Source of the DNA: Psilocybe cubensis
Lineage: Eukaryota
Direction: 5' to 3'
Assembly (NCBI GenBank): GCA_017499595.2
Contig: CM039000.1
Location: 1,550,001-1,614,000 of the forward strand
DNA length: 64,000 bases
Under the pieces are notes generated by a model, which saw only the letters and a list, made by a program, of their open reading frames with translations, was not told the DNA's origin and did no database searches. A program made the translations under genes and the position numbers. Shown here one piece after another: positions 24,877 to 42,701 of the stretch (its first letter is position 1; each line of letters begins with the position of its first letter).

Positions 24877-25280
24877 TAAACCCCTCCTGTTGTAGGCTAG
24901 AACCCCCAAGCTGATTATCAACTTGGGTAACTTAGGCAACCTAGACATCTTAGTCTGTTCAATACTTCGTCCAACTTTGCTCCGAACTTTAATTCCGGCT
25001 TTGATTGGACTTAGGCTCTAAGGAACTTAAGTCTGTCTCAACAACTTCTATCCAACTTCGACCAGTACTCGACTGACTTTGTCTTCAATTTAGTCTCTTG
25101 CCTAGTATTATTTTCCTTTTAGATTTTTGTATCCAAATTAGGGCACAAGGTATAGGAAAAACACAGCACATAAGCTAAAGCTAAGCCCTCCAACAACTGA
25201 ATTTGATAGCAACTTTGTTCTCTGACTTTAGCCTCCGACTTCCATCTACAAACTTGCCCTTGACTTCGTTCCGCTTGACA
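24877..25280 (+). repeat. Partial LTR-like sequence (TATA box to ...TTGACA), possibly the 3' LTR of Gypsy-2
   Basis: Begins at TATAAACCCC next to the Tc1 TA. Non-coding, pyrimidine-rich, ends CTTGACA next to Copia RNase H sequence. No second copy in the window. Confidence 0.45.
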
Positions 25281-28200
25281 CAACCCTAATAGCAGTCAAA
25301 ACTGCATATAACTTGAGCGTGCCAAGCTCTATTTGTTTCCGTATGTAATGATAAATATCCATGTGCTTGATCCCTTTTTGTGTCATAGGATTCTGAGCAT
25401 TGAATATTGCACCATGTGAGTCTGCATAAATTGGGACATGGGAAATTGGTTTGACCAGTTCTGCAAATAGATTTTTAATCTATGCGCAATCTTTGGCACA
25501 GTCAGAGAGTGCCATGTATTCACTCATAATAAAAGACGTCAAGACTAACTTCTGTGTCTATAATTTCCACATGACCACAGCATTTGCCAAGCTAAAAAAG
25601 TAGCCTTGTGCAGACCGACACTTAAGGTCGAGCTCTGATTGATCATCTCCATAAGAAGCGTCATAATAAGCATATAGGCCAGCGTGAGACATCCCATTAT
25701 AAACTAAGGCATATTTGTGTGTGCCAACAAGGTACCGCATAATATATTTAGCCTTGTTTATGTGGTCTTCAGATGGATTAGAAGCAAATTTAGCCATCTG
25801 AGTCACTGCATAGGCGATGTTAGGTCTAGCTCCAAGCATTAGGTAAAGCAAGAAACCAATCACTAATTGGTACTGTGAGCAAAGTATTGCTGAACTAGTA
25901 CCTTTGTACGGCATTGGGTGATAGCCCGTGGGTAAGGGAGTTTTAGCGGCTTTAGCATTGCTTATGCCAAATCGGGTTAGAACCTTCTTCAGATAGTTAG
26001 CTTGACTCAATAGGATCTTTTCATCTTTGTAGTCAATTGCCATGCAGAGGAACTTCCGTGATTCTCCCAGGTTCCAGCAATCTCCTACTTCTTTATGAAG
26101 AGATCTCTTTTCTGACGTGGGAGTTTGAAGTTGGGTCCGGTAATCTGGATGTTATCAATATAGGCAAATATTATTGCTAATATGCCATTATGATGACGTG
26201 AGATAAAAATGCCGGCATCCGAGTATAGTCTATTGAATCCAAGCTCTTTTAGACTTCTGTCTAGCTCAAACCACCATGCTTGTGCAGCTTGTTTTAGCCC
26301 GTAAATTGCTTTTTTAAGCCGGAGTACTTTCTTCTCCTGTCCCTTTATGACAAAGCCCTCAGGCTGTTCCATATATACATATCTCCTTGTCTAACGGACC
26401 ATAAAAAAAGGCCGATATGATGTCAAGAGACCAGACTTTCTACCCTTTGAGTGCGGCAAGGGTAAAAATAGTGTAAACACTCTCAAACCTGACAATAGGT
26501 GAGAATAATTCATTGTAGTCTAGGCCTTCTATTTGTAAAAAGCCTTTGGCTACCAGACAAGCCTTCTTTCAACCATCAGTTTTGATGTTGTAAACCCATC
26601 TGTATTTGATGGCCTTTTGGCCGCTATGGAGATTGACAAGCTTATAGACCTCTTTTTTGACAAGGAGCTCTAACTTGTCTTTCATGGCTTGTCTCCATTC
26701 CTTCTGTTGGTCAGCTGGTAATTTCAGCAAATCACGCAGGGTCTAGTTACGGACATCCTTTGTGAGACCATGATCAGTAGCACAGATAATTTTGCAGACC
26801 CGTTTAGAAAGTAAAGTTGCAAAAAGACTTTTGGCTACTCCCCCTTCCGTCCCTGAATTAGGGACACTAGATTTAACTTTACAATTGCTACTAGATAGAG
26901 TAGATGGCACGTAATCAGGGACAGATGCCACTCTGTGTGAAACTGTCTACAACTTTTTATGTCTATCTTTATCAGTCATTGTTCCAGGTTGGTATACATT
27001 GCCTTCCCGCTCTTGTGCTTTTCGAGTTCTATCCAACCCTTCTGGGCAGAGGCTTGACAGGTATATCAGGTATTTTTGGTCTTTGACCTGATGTGGGAGA
27101 TATTACATATCCCGGATCATCATCCTGATCATTGTCATTGTCACGAGGAGAACATGCGCTAGGCCCTGGCATAGAACTTGGAAAACTGGTGGACTATAGG
27201 CTCGGTTGATTGCCTGTTGCTTTTGGTAGAAGTGGTGCTGAATAATCATTGTTATTGGAATCAGTTGCCTCACTTCCATAGCCAATTTCAAAGGAGGGTC
27301 CCTTGGGTTTTGGAAAATTAAAGCATGTGTTGGGTAGAATCTTCGTCTTTGATTCACACTTTGGGAATAAAGTTTCATCAAATAGGGCCTTGTTTGCACA
27401 AAAGACCATGTTATTTGGAGATCTCATAAAAATCATCACCAAATTAGATTTGTAGCCAAGGAATGTCATCAATTTGGACCGCAGTGATAACTTATTTTTG
27501 TGTTGCCCCTTGTGTAAATACATGTAAGCTGCGCATCCCAAAGTTTTAATTTTAGACACATCAGGTAACTCCCCCTTAAGAGCCTGATAAGGTGTCTTCC
27601 ACTCAATGCATTTTACTAGAGTCCTATTGTATAGGAAGACAGCATGGGCACAGCAAAATTGCCACTAGCTATCTGGTAGACAGGCATAATACCTCATTGC
27701 TTCAGACTTTTCCATAATTGTCCTGTTTAGTCTTTCAGCTCAACCATTGCTTTGATGAGCATAGGGAGTTATAAAGCAGGTACGCGTACCAGCATTTTAC
27801 AGCCGCTCCAAGAATTTGGTACTAATGAATTCTCCACTGTTATCAAAGAAGTACTCTTTGATGGAGGTACTGTACTGTTTTTCCACCATATTCTTGAAAG
27901 AATTCACAGCCGTGGTGGCATCACTCTTTTTTTTAAGGAAGTAGAGCCAGACATGTAGTGTGTGATTGTCCAAAAAGGACATGAAGTATTTACACTTCTG
28001 GTAGGAATAAACAGAAAATGTCTTGAGATCGCAATGGATACAATCAAAAGGCTTTTTTGCGCATTTGGAGTTTTCATCATATGACTTGTCAGTCATTTTA
28101 CTCTTTGCGCAGCCTTCACAGACATCTTTATTCTTGGGTACACTTATTTTGGGAAAGTTCTTAGTGGAGTCCCTAAAATGTCTAAGGACATCATCAGAGG

Positions 28201-29245
28201 GATGACCAAGGCGTTGATGCCAAAGATCATTTGACTCTTGAAGAGTCAAAGATAATATGCTAATGTCTTCTCTGGAGACAATGCGCGTATGCACCCAATA
28301 CATTGAATATCAGTTTGATTCACTTGAATCTGCCCTGGCTTGCAGGCCATATGATTTCTCAGGCAAATCAAAGAACTGAAGGACTTTAGCTGTTCCTTCT
28401 ATGGTTATGCCAGACAACAGAAGTTGTCCCATCGACATTAATTGGATATGTAATTGTTCTATGTATAGAATAGGATGGAGTCAGCGGACTTCATGTCCCA
28501 GATCCTTGGAGTGTAAGACTACTTCTACAAAGACTGTTCCAAAACCCGTGATAGGAACCATAGTGGTGGCAGTTTGTGAAATAGGACAATATTTTCAGCA
28601 AAGTTTTGATAACTTGCAAAATCAGACTTCTTGCCAGTAAAGTGCACACTAGCACCACTATCCATTAACTAAGCTGTTATAGCTTCTTTCCCCTTTTTGG
28701 GTTTTTCAGTTCCTTTTCCTTTGCAATCTGGACAATACTGGAAATGAGATAGATATTTTTGGTATACATCATGTACAAATAAGTAGTAAATATCTACAGG
28801 GAACTCCTTCTTTTCCAGCCGGTCGACTGTTGAGTTGTTATCATTTCTAGATGGGATAGTCTCTATAGGAATCTTAGTGTTATTTTTAGTCCAGTTGCTA
28901 GATTTGGAACTTACTTGCCTGTCAACGTAATGGTCATCATAGTAACCATTGTAGAGATCCTCATTGTTTTCTCCATAATCCACATGTTCCTCAATAAGAA
29001 TATCAAGAGACCGTTCTCTTTGATTATTAAAATTGGGAATATCACCCCATTGTTTTGGTTCCGGTCCAAATAGCTCATTATTGAGCTTTTCGATCTCCGG
29101 AGATGTGATCTCACCATTGACAACCATGTGGTCATCAATGGTTTCAGAGTTAACGGGTAGAGTCTTCAACCTCTCTGCAAGGAAGACATCCAAAGGGATT
29201 TGTAAGCTGCTTGTGGCAACACTTTCCATGATTTGGAGCATCTGA

Positions 29246-29413
29246 CTAGTGGGCTTTACTCCAATTCATATAATATATATAATATATATAATATATATAT
29301 ATATATATTATATATATAAGCAAGACTGCGTGCGGCAGCAAGAGCCGGGTATGACACCATGCGTGTGTCCGGATTTCTCCAGAGCCCAGCCGGACCAAAG
29401 GTACGGGAGGAGA
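29246..29413 (-). mobile_element. Short insertion in Copia-2, candidate non-autonomous Helitron-like element containing a (TA)n tract
   Basis: Minus strand reads A|TCTCCTCCCG...AAAGCCCACTAG|T with no TSD. CpG-rich compared with the CpG-poor Copia flanks. Confidence 0.4.
29269..29318. repeat. Imperfect (TA)n microsatellite
   Basis: About 50 nt made only of A and T, mostly alternating. Confidence 0.95.
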
Positions 29414-30775
29414 TACTTCCTCTACTGTTGATCTCAATGATTCTAGACATGGTTGGGGCTAGAATAGACAGTATAAGAATTGTTGATGTCAATGCCATAA
29501 AGACATCATCCATTAAGGCTGTATTGCCTTGTGCATGCTGCTTGCCTTTGCCTTGTGGGACACACTTACAAATTTTCTTCTCCTGATTATTACCCTAAGA
29601 CTGTCCCTAATTAGGGGTCTTTGAAGGATAATAGTGGGGATGTTCCCCTTTTGGTTGGATTGCAGTATTGTGTTCAGCCGACTGTTGCGGTCCCTTGGAA
29701 GAGCCAGCCTTTGGTGCAGGCTTAGGGTCATATGTCGTACCCTTTTTAGGCTTTTGCCTATCATCCAAATTACCAAACTGCGCTCCCCAACAATTACGGA
29801 TGTCAGCGGAGATATCCTCCAGCTTCATTGCGTTAATCTTGGTTTTATCTCCATAATCATTGATTAAACTTTGATATATGGAGGGCGGTTGGTTAGGCAA
29901 TACCGCAAGGGGTAAATGTGAGAATAAAATGAGACATGCCATGGTCTCGGATACTAGATCCATTGTTTTGACTTGTTTGACATGCTTGTAGATGACTCTG
30001 AAACGGGCCAGCTGAGGAATAGGATTTGAAAGATCAAATTTGAAGGTGGTCAGATGTTTAAAATCCTCCATCACTTCAACAAATTGAACTTTATCATATT
30101 TCTCTTTCAGATCATCTCATGCTCCCTTTGTGGTCTTTCTCTTGACAGTTTCCCAAATAAATAGGATCAAATAATTTGCAATGATACCTAGTGCCTTGGA
30201 ATTCTGCTCCTTAAAGTCTTTCATTGCTTTATTGAACAACAAAGATCTTTGCAACCAGTGTTGGAATTGAATTTTCCACAGCTCAACTTGAGCTGCGGTA
30301 ACAGTTGTTGCCGGAGCAACGGGTGCTGGGAAAGTTGGCTCTGCCTCAATTGGAGAGGGGGCCACAACATTACCAGAAATCAACCCATCAACGCCAACAA
30401 GGAGGAAAATTGGAAGCATTTTGTCAGCCTATTTACGATAGTTGGAACCATTGAATTTGGGAAACTTGGAAATGGAAACGGAAGCTTTAGAAGACATTCT
30501 TAGTGCGCTTAAAAGTTGAGCCTGTGACAAAAATAAGTCAGCTAGGCTTTTCTCACATCCTAAACTTTAAAATAGAAAGGAAACAGTTGGCTGGTCAGGC
30601 CAGATCAATCTCAAGATCGGATCTACAATCCAATCAAGATTAAGATCTTTTGCATACTCATTTAGATTGCCAAACATAGAGGTGTTATCTATTGAGCAGC
30701 ATGGGGGGCAAGTATTGTCCCTAGGCTAGGCCATCAACAGCAAGGCTAAAGAGCCTGCATTGTGATGGCTATAGA

Positions 30776-30785
30776 GCCCATAACC
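30776..30785 (-). promoter_or_regulatory. Copia-2 primer-binding site GGTTATGGGC
   Basis: Immediately follows the LTR end CAACA on the minus strand. Matches the copia-type PBS complementary to an internal part of initiator tRNA-Met. Confidence 0.8.
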
Positions 30786-31124
30786 TGTTGAGCAGCAAGA
30801 TGTGCCCGGTACTACTCTACACAGACAATATACACTAGTGGCAGGGACTTGACTTAATACTTACCCTTTGGGTCCTATTACTTGAGCTGTAGCTACTCAA
30901 GTGGGTTGTGAAAATTTCTTGTTATTAGAGGGCAATAGTGTCACCCTTATATACACCTAAAGTGCGTTACATGTGACTAGTAGCAGTAACTACTGTACAG
31001 TACTTAGTCATCTATCTCATTATAAACTATTATTTGTAATCTACTCATATGACTTAGTACATGACTTGATAGTAACATGATCAAACGTGAGTATATTAAC
31101 TAAATTAATAATAGTCATTCAACA
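30786..31124 (-). repeat. Copia-2 5' LTR (339 bp, TGTTGA...TCAACA)
   Basis: Inverted termini TGTTGA/TCAACA, adjacent PBS, and TATATAA on the minus strand at ~30947-30953. Confidence 0.82.
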
Positions 31125-32304
31125 ACTAGAATCTTCAGAAAAATAGGGAGATGATGGTAATAAATTAATAAGTAGGGGTGGGCCACTATCACTACTACCT
31201 AAAAAATCAGTCAAATGTACAGTACACCCAATAACAGGTGTAAGATCTCACTTATAGAAGATGATTCCCAACTCAACCAGAAAAGGGGAGACCCTTGCTG
31301 ATTTAGAACTTCATAATGTCTTCGACAGTTCAACTTCCCTCTAATATCAAATAAGTCAGTAAGTGTTGTTTTTCCAGCCTTATTATGACTCTGAAGAACC
31401 TGGGTAATTACAGATAGAAATGGGGAGCCTTCTTTAAACACATCTCTTCGACCAGTGATGTCAACAATTCAACTATGCCTGGAAAATAAGTTAGTAATTG
31501 TGTAAACATTTTCAAGAGTCGTGGTTTTGATCAATCTAAACAGACAGTCCTATATTCTGGAATATTTTGACAAATGATCTCACTACTTTTGCGACTTGGT
31601 AAGTGGCTAGATTGCAAGATGTCAACGCAAGACATTTAATAGTATGGTAGGAATTCAACATGTTCTTGTTATCTTTACCATTTCTGGGGAGTAAGCACAT
31701 CATTGAAATTTTTCGGATGGAGAGAAAGGTGGTTTGGTTTCAATACAGGTGTCCAAACTTGAACATAGATTCCTTGCACCAATCCTTAATTACAGATTAT
31801 TTTATTTAAATGTAACATGGGCATGATGAAGATTTACATGATTGGGGAGCTTGCTCCCCTTTGTACTGGTGGGGACCCAAAATGCTTAAGCACACGTGAT
31901 CCACCAGTGTTTTGATCGTCACCCCGTGCGAAAATGGCACCCCGTGCGAACTTACCAGCAAGACCTGCCGACGTTTGTGATGCGGCAAGATTCTACCTAG
32001 AGCATGCCAGGTACTGGCATAGCAAATTAATCGTTCTTCTATATGTTCGCTTGAATGGTATCTACTATGCAGTGGGCCTGATTTAGCTGCCAAGCTAGTG
32101 TGTGCCGCCGCAGGCGGCGCTTCCCGAGTTCGAACTCTCAGTCTCATTTTCCGTGTGCCTTGCGTGTGCCGCGACGAAACTCCCGTTACTCTCCAGTCAC
32201 GGAAGTTACTTACGTCACACACAGCCACGTTGAATTCTACGACATAAGTCGTGGGAATATTGGTGGAAACTTGAACCCCTGTTTTCAACACTCTCCAGAC
32301 ATCC

Positions 32305-34641
<2,337 letters not shown>

Positions 34642-34865
34642 ATTTAAGTATGACATTGTACATATCAGCATTAGCTTTTCAGAGATGTATATTTCTTGTA
34701 AGGGTGTGGGCATGTGGAGAGGCCAGATCAAAGCCAAATTAAAATTAAAGGCAGATTTTGAAGGAGGACTGATTAACTAAGCAAGATCACGTTAACACTT
34801 TATAGGCACGACACGACCGCTCCCATTACCCGTTCCGCTCCCGCTGGACTTATTAACCTTTTGTC

Positions 34866-35602
34866 ATGGGCGCCTCACAGTCAAAATCAGACACTCCTGA
34901 CGAGAAGGTATTCCAAAGCGAAACACCTATCTCTGTAAGCAGCTCAAGTTATCATTAAGACAAAATCCTTAAACTGTTTTCCAATATCATACTTAGTTTT
35001 CCCCAGATGTCGTGAACCAGCTGGCTGACCGTTTGGATGCACCCGAAACGACCCCGGAGCGTCAGTCCATTCTCGACGCCCACATTCGCGCCCGCATTCG
35101 AGATGAACTTGAGCATCTGAAGCGAGATGAGGCTGCTGTGCGACAGGAGATCGAGCAGGCTTTAGAGAAAGAGAACCTTGATCGGGAGACGTCCATGGCT
35201 GGCGAGGCATCGTCACCAGAGGGCGAATCAGAGTCCACAACAGGCAGCATTAAGAACAGTGCTGCTCTGTTTGGCGACCTGGAAGAGGTGAAGGCGAAAA
35301 TCGATAAATACCAGGCGAACAAAAAATCCACAGAGTACCCAGAAGTCGAGGCGAATGGTGCTGCCGTTGCAGATTGCTATAGGTATGCGAATAAATGTTC
35401 ATTAATTTATTCGTCATTTGTTGATATGTATGGTGAATGCGTCAGGAAAAACAAGGATAAACCTCTGATCTGCGTGTCTGAAGTAACCAAATTCAAAGCT
35501 GCAGTAGATCGCTTAGAGCAGGCAAGTCGTTTGCACTGCAATTTATTTCTATGACGGACACTGACACCGTATTACTAGCAATATTTCCAGTCATTACAGT
35601 AG
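34866..35602 (+). CDS. MIC19: MICOS subunit Mic19-like (DUF1690-type) protein
   Basis: MGASQSK myristoylation-type N-terminus, coiled coil, and C-terminal CYR.NKDKPLIC (CX9C) followed by EVTKFK. Three introns. Confidence 0.75.
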
Positions 35603-35799
35603 TTAGATGATTTTGCAATGATATGTTGATACCTGTAACGCATCGTATGCTTCAACCTCACTTCTTCAATTTTTGGGTAGCAAGCATTGGGCAAGTTTGC
35701 ATTAATTAAATAATACATACATATACAAAAGAATGGTATGTCGTGGTGTTATAAACGAGCTGGCAGGTAGAAACAATTGGGAGGGCAAAGCAGGTGTTT

Positions 35800-38730
<2,931 letters not shown>

Positions 38731-38936
38731 AGTATAGTTGCGGTACAAGTCCTTGTGACAGTGGAGAGTGACATGACAGTGGTTGTTGCAGCACGTGATG
38801 TCGGTGTTCTAATAAGTACTGAATTGTTTTGATAAGAATGCCGTGTATTTTGCAGAGACTTCATTGACAGACGAAACCGCTTTGATCACCGTCTTCCATC
38901 GATTGAAAACCGGAATATAACATCCACATACTTAAC

Positions 38937-41900
38937 ATGGATCCACAATTGGACGCCATGAACGACCAAAAGCCAGTGTGCGTACATCGTTCACAACGCC
39001 GCCCACCCCACTCACCTCTTCCAACAGCACAAAGACACCTGTCGTCCGCGGCGCCCGGGCATGCACAGTATGTCGTACAGCAAAGGTACCCCTGCGTTCT
39101 GTCTGTCTCCCTCAAGCTGCTCACCCTTTTCAGATGAAATGCGTCGGCGCAGAGGACGGCCAGAAGCAGTGTCAGCGTTGCAAGCGGGCTAACGTCGAGT
39201 CAGTACCAGATACCCCCCTCCCACCCTGCACTTCTCGCTCACTCCGTTGCTCAGATGTGTCTTTGAAAAGCACAGGCGCGGAAGGAAACCGGGCTCAAAG
39301 TAATCATTCTTCTTTTTCTTCCTTGTCCCTGCTTGCCAATGCCCTCCGTCTCTAGACTTTCCGAGGCGTCCAAGATGCTCAGGCGTCTCGAGAAGGGCCT
39401 CAACTCAGCCAAGATGAAGTCGCAGTCGTCTGATTCAACATCTCCTTATCACACTGACGATCTGCATCCCCCGCCGAATCAGGACACCGCTTATTCGCCC
39501 ATTCGCCCATCCGATCCTCCGTACAGCTCCACGAGTACCCACTTCCCCAAAAACGAGCTGTCCACTCCTAGTATACCCCCGTACCAACCCTTGGACGCGT
39601 ATCCCCCTCCGAATAACGGCTCTAGGCCTATGGACATAGACGATGAGGACGAAGACCCGGACAGGGCCGAAGAGGCTTTCTTTCCAGCCAAACTCATACG
39701 ACAAGAGAACCGCAATTCATTCTTTGGGATAATCCTCAATCCCAAACCCGAAGAGGCCCCCGCCGCCGCGCCCCAGCGCAGTAACTCCTTCACTCCGCCT
39801 CAGAACACCACACCTTCCCCTTCAGGCCTCAGTGATCCGATCACAGCTGGCATCATCACTGACATTGAGGCAAAAACTCTTTTCGACGCCATTTTCCTGC
39901 GTTTGAACCCATTTATCAATCTCTTTGATCCTATTCTTCACACTGTTGAATATGTACGGTCAAAATGCCCCTTCTTATTCACCACCCTCATCATGGCGGG
40001 CTGTAAATTTTTCAAAGCCGAAAAATTCAAAGAGTGTCAAAAGCTCGCAAATGAATACACAATTCGCGCCTTTGCAGAGTCTTGGAAACGTGTCGAGGTT
40101 GTACAGGCGTTTGCATGCCTCACTTACTGGAAAGACCCCGATGACAGCGTCAGTCCGTTATTTCATTCCACTTCTGCTTACTAACTGATCTTGCCATCGT
40201 CATCAGAGAACATGGACGTACATTGGTTATGTATGTGGTGTTCCTTTCCTTTAGGTCCCTTTGATTAATCGCATATTTTACGTTATTAGGCTTGCCGCAT
40301 GGCTGTCGAGTTGGGCCTCAATCGTTATACACCCAATCCTCCCCCAGGCGAAACAGAGTTTCAGAAGCTTGAAAGGCGTAACCGTCAACGCACCTATCTC
40401 GTTCTTTTCGTTCACGATCGCAGTCTAAGCATGCAAACTGGCCGAATTTGGATGCTTCCAGAAGACGACCTAATCAGAAATTGCCAGAACTGGCACTCTG
40501 AAGCCGGCCCTTCAATACGTCCTGAGGATGCCGTCATCACTGCTTTCGTTTCCTTGCGTCGAATCGCTGTAAGCTTCTTCCAATTGAATGTTGCCGTTTC
40601 GTGACGCTTTTTTTACTCAGGCCGAAACCACGGATATTTTCAATTCGTCCAAAAGTTCGCATTCAGATATTAATCACGACATGGTCTTAAAAACTTGCAA
40701 CGCTCGGCTTAACCAGTGGGATGAACATTGGCGATCGGAAATGCAAAAAGGTACATATATACAACATATCCTTTTCCTTGTCGGTTCTGATGTTATATTA
40801 GTGGGCGGTGAAAAGTTCCACCACTCCTTCCTTAGTTTCTTCCGGCTTCATGTTAGACTTTTTCTGAACAGTTTCGGGTTACAGCCTTCTATGGTCCATG
40901 TATGCTATTGACCTTTTTCTTTTTTTGCCCACGTTGCTGACTTTTCTATTGATCAGGGAAGCAATGTCACTCCGAACGTACAGGCTCTCAATGCCTGTTT
41001 GACCAGTGCCAAACAATCTTTGGAGATTGCATCACAAGACTTCCACAGCATTCATGTATTGGTCGGTATTCCGTTATCGTGCATTGAATACCGGTATTCA
41101 CACTCTGTTTGTCATGTCATCAGAGATACGGCCAAGACTCTATCACCGTTATGACAGCATATTCGGCCGTCTTCCTTCTCAAGGTCCGTCCGTTACCTTT
41201 GACTATACTACCCAGAGTCGTTTGAATGCCAACGCTGGTTGGATTCACAGCTTTTACGCACTAATTTGATCAACATCGACTCAGACAATCTCAACGTGGC
41301 TGAGATCCACAAACTGATTTCTCAGACGGCCGACTCATATCAGGATGCATCGTTGTCGTCGCCGGTGTCTATTTCCGCATCGTACCATGCCCGATTCCTA
41401 CGCAGCTTAGTCGCCAATGATATTTTTAAAACCCGGCACGTACAACCTTCGCATAGTATGCCGATTGATCCCCGGCTTCAAAGTAAGAACCCCTTTTTTC
41501 ATTTACAAGCTCGGTCAATTCCAGATTACATTCACTAACTTTGCTTTTTTTAAATTACAAGGTTCTATGTCGATGCAGACCTCCCCTGCCAAAATGTATT
41601 CTCCTCAGAGTGGGCGGGTGCAAGATCAGCCCGCAGTCACTCATGTGGTACATACACACCCCAACTTTCATTTTCCAGCGTCCCCTCATCTTCCCGCACA
41701 TCCTACTCCTACCGTCGTGCAGCAGGAGCACAATGACTATGCACAACACCCACAGGCACAAGTTCCAGGGCGCAGCCCAATGACGCAGAGCCCTCCCGGG
41801 GGTGTCGTGAACCCGATCCACTACCCTAATTCCGGTCCCGTATCGAATGGCGGAAACGTGGGCGGCAACGGCAACTTGAGCGGTGGTAATCATAATCTGA

Positions 41901-42274
41901 ACGGTAACGGCAATGGGATCGGGAATGGGATGAGTGGCATGAATAACGGATACGCGCCGGCCGTACCTCCCCATTCTTCCGACCTTGACGCGCATTACTG
42001 GAAGAATATGTTTATAGAGCTAGGATTTGGGGATACTGTTGACCCAAATAGTATGCCTGTGGGTGTCACGATGGTAAGAGGGGTGCCTCAGTACATGGAC
42101 CAGCAGCAACAGCAACAGCAGCAACATCATCATCATGCCCAGCAGCAGCATCAACATCACCAACAAGAACATGAGCAGCAGCATCACCAACAAAACCTGA
42201 TGCCACACCAACAATCCCATCATATGCAGGCACAAATGCAATATCACATTCACCAGCCACAGTACGGACATTAA
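38937..42274 (+). CDS. priB: Zn(II)2Cys6 transcription factor, priB-like, with fungal TF middle domain and Q/H-rich tail
   Basis: Spliced TPVVRGARACTVCRTAKMKCVGAEDGQKQCQRCKRANVECVFEKHRRGRKPGSKLSEASKMLRRLEKGL resembles Lentinula PriB as I recall it. Middle-homology region MAVELGLNR..RNRQRTYLVLFVHDRSLS. Confidence 0.85.
42101..42200 (+). repeat. CAG/CAA/CAT-rich coding repeat (poly-Gln/His)
   Basis: Encodes QQQQQQQQHHHHAQQQHQHHQQEHEQQHHQQ. Confidence 0.9.
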
Positions 42275-42701
42275 AATTGCCACGGCTTTTTCACACATCT
42301 ATCTTGTGCTTGAGGGAATTTAGCTCCCTGTCTTGTGTGTTTTTCTCTTTGTCTTGTATACTCACTCTTGCCTCCCTTCCAGGGGTGTACTTTTAACAAA
42401 CCATGAATCTGAATCTGGCTGATTGTACTATTCTCTTGTAATGCTTTTAACGTAGACTTTCTAGGAATACCTGTTGTGTTTGTCCCATCTCTTTTCTTCC
42501 TATGTCAATCTTGTCAACCTGTTGTCCTCGTTCCTACGTCCTACCTTTTCCTTACTATCACATTTTAGTCAATTTTGCTTTTTTTTGCTGGGCGAATTTT
42601 TCAAAAGTTGAAAGCAAATACAAAATATTTATTAGCACAACCCAAAAAAGCAAATAGCAGATTGAAAGTAAAATACACGACGATAAGAACACAAAACAGT
42701 G

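Larger units (their letters stand above)
25290..31124 (-). mobile_element. Degenerate Ty1/Copia retrotransposon (Copia-2) with 5' LTR and PBS; 3' end missing
   Basis: gag ATG at 30497 (FPKFNGSNY), protease (LMDSGASVHFT), integrase (LWHQRLGHPS, CEGCAKSK), RT (MEQPEGF, LKKAIYGLKQA, AYIDN) and RNase H (YYDASYG, IKHMDI). Confidence 0.93.

Noticed and set aside
25281-25290. Telomere-like CAACCCTAA at the LTR/Copia-2 junction
   Set aside because: A single unit, expected by chance.
31211-31500. 76-aa minus-strand ORF with an apparent acceptor site
   Set aside because: May be a decayed exon, but it is too short and has no recognisable motif.
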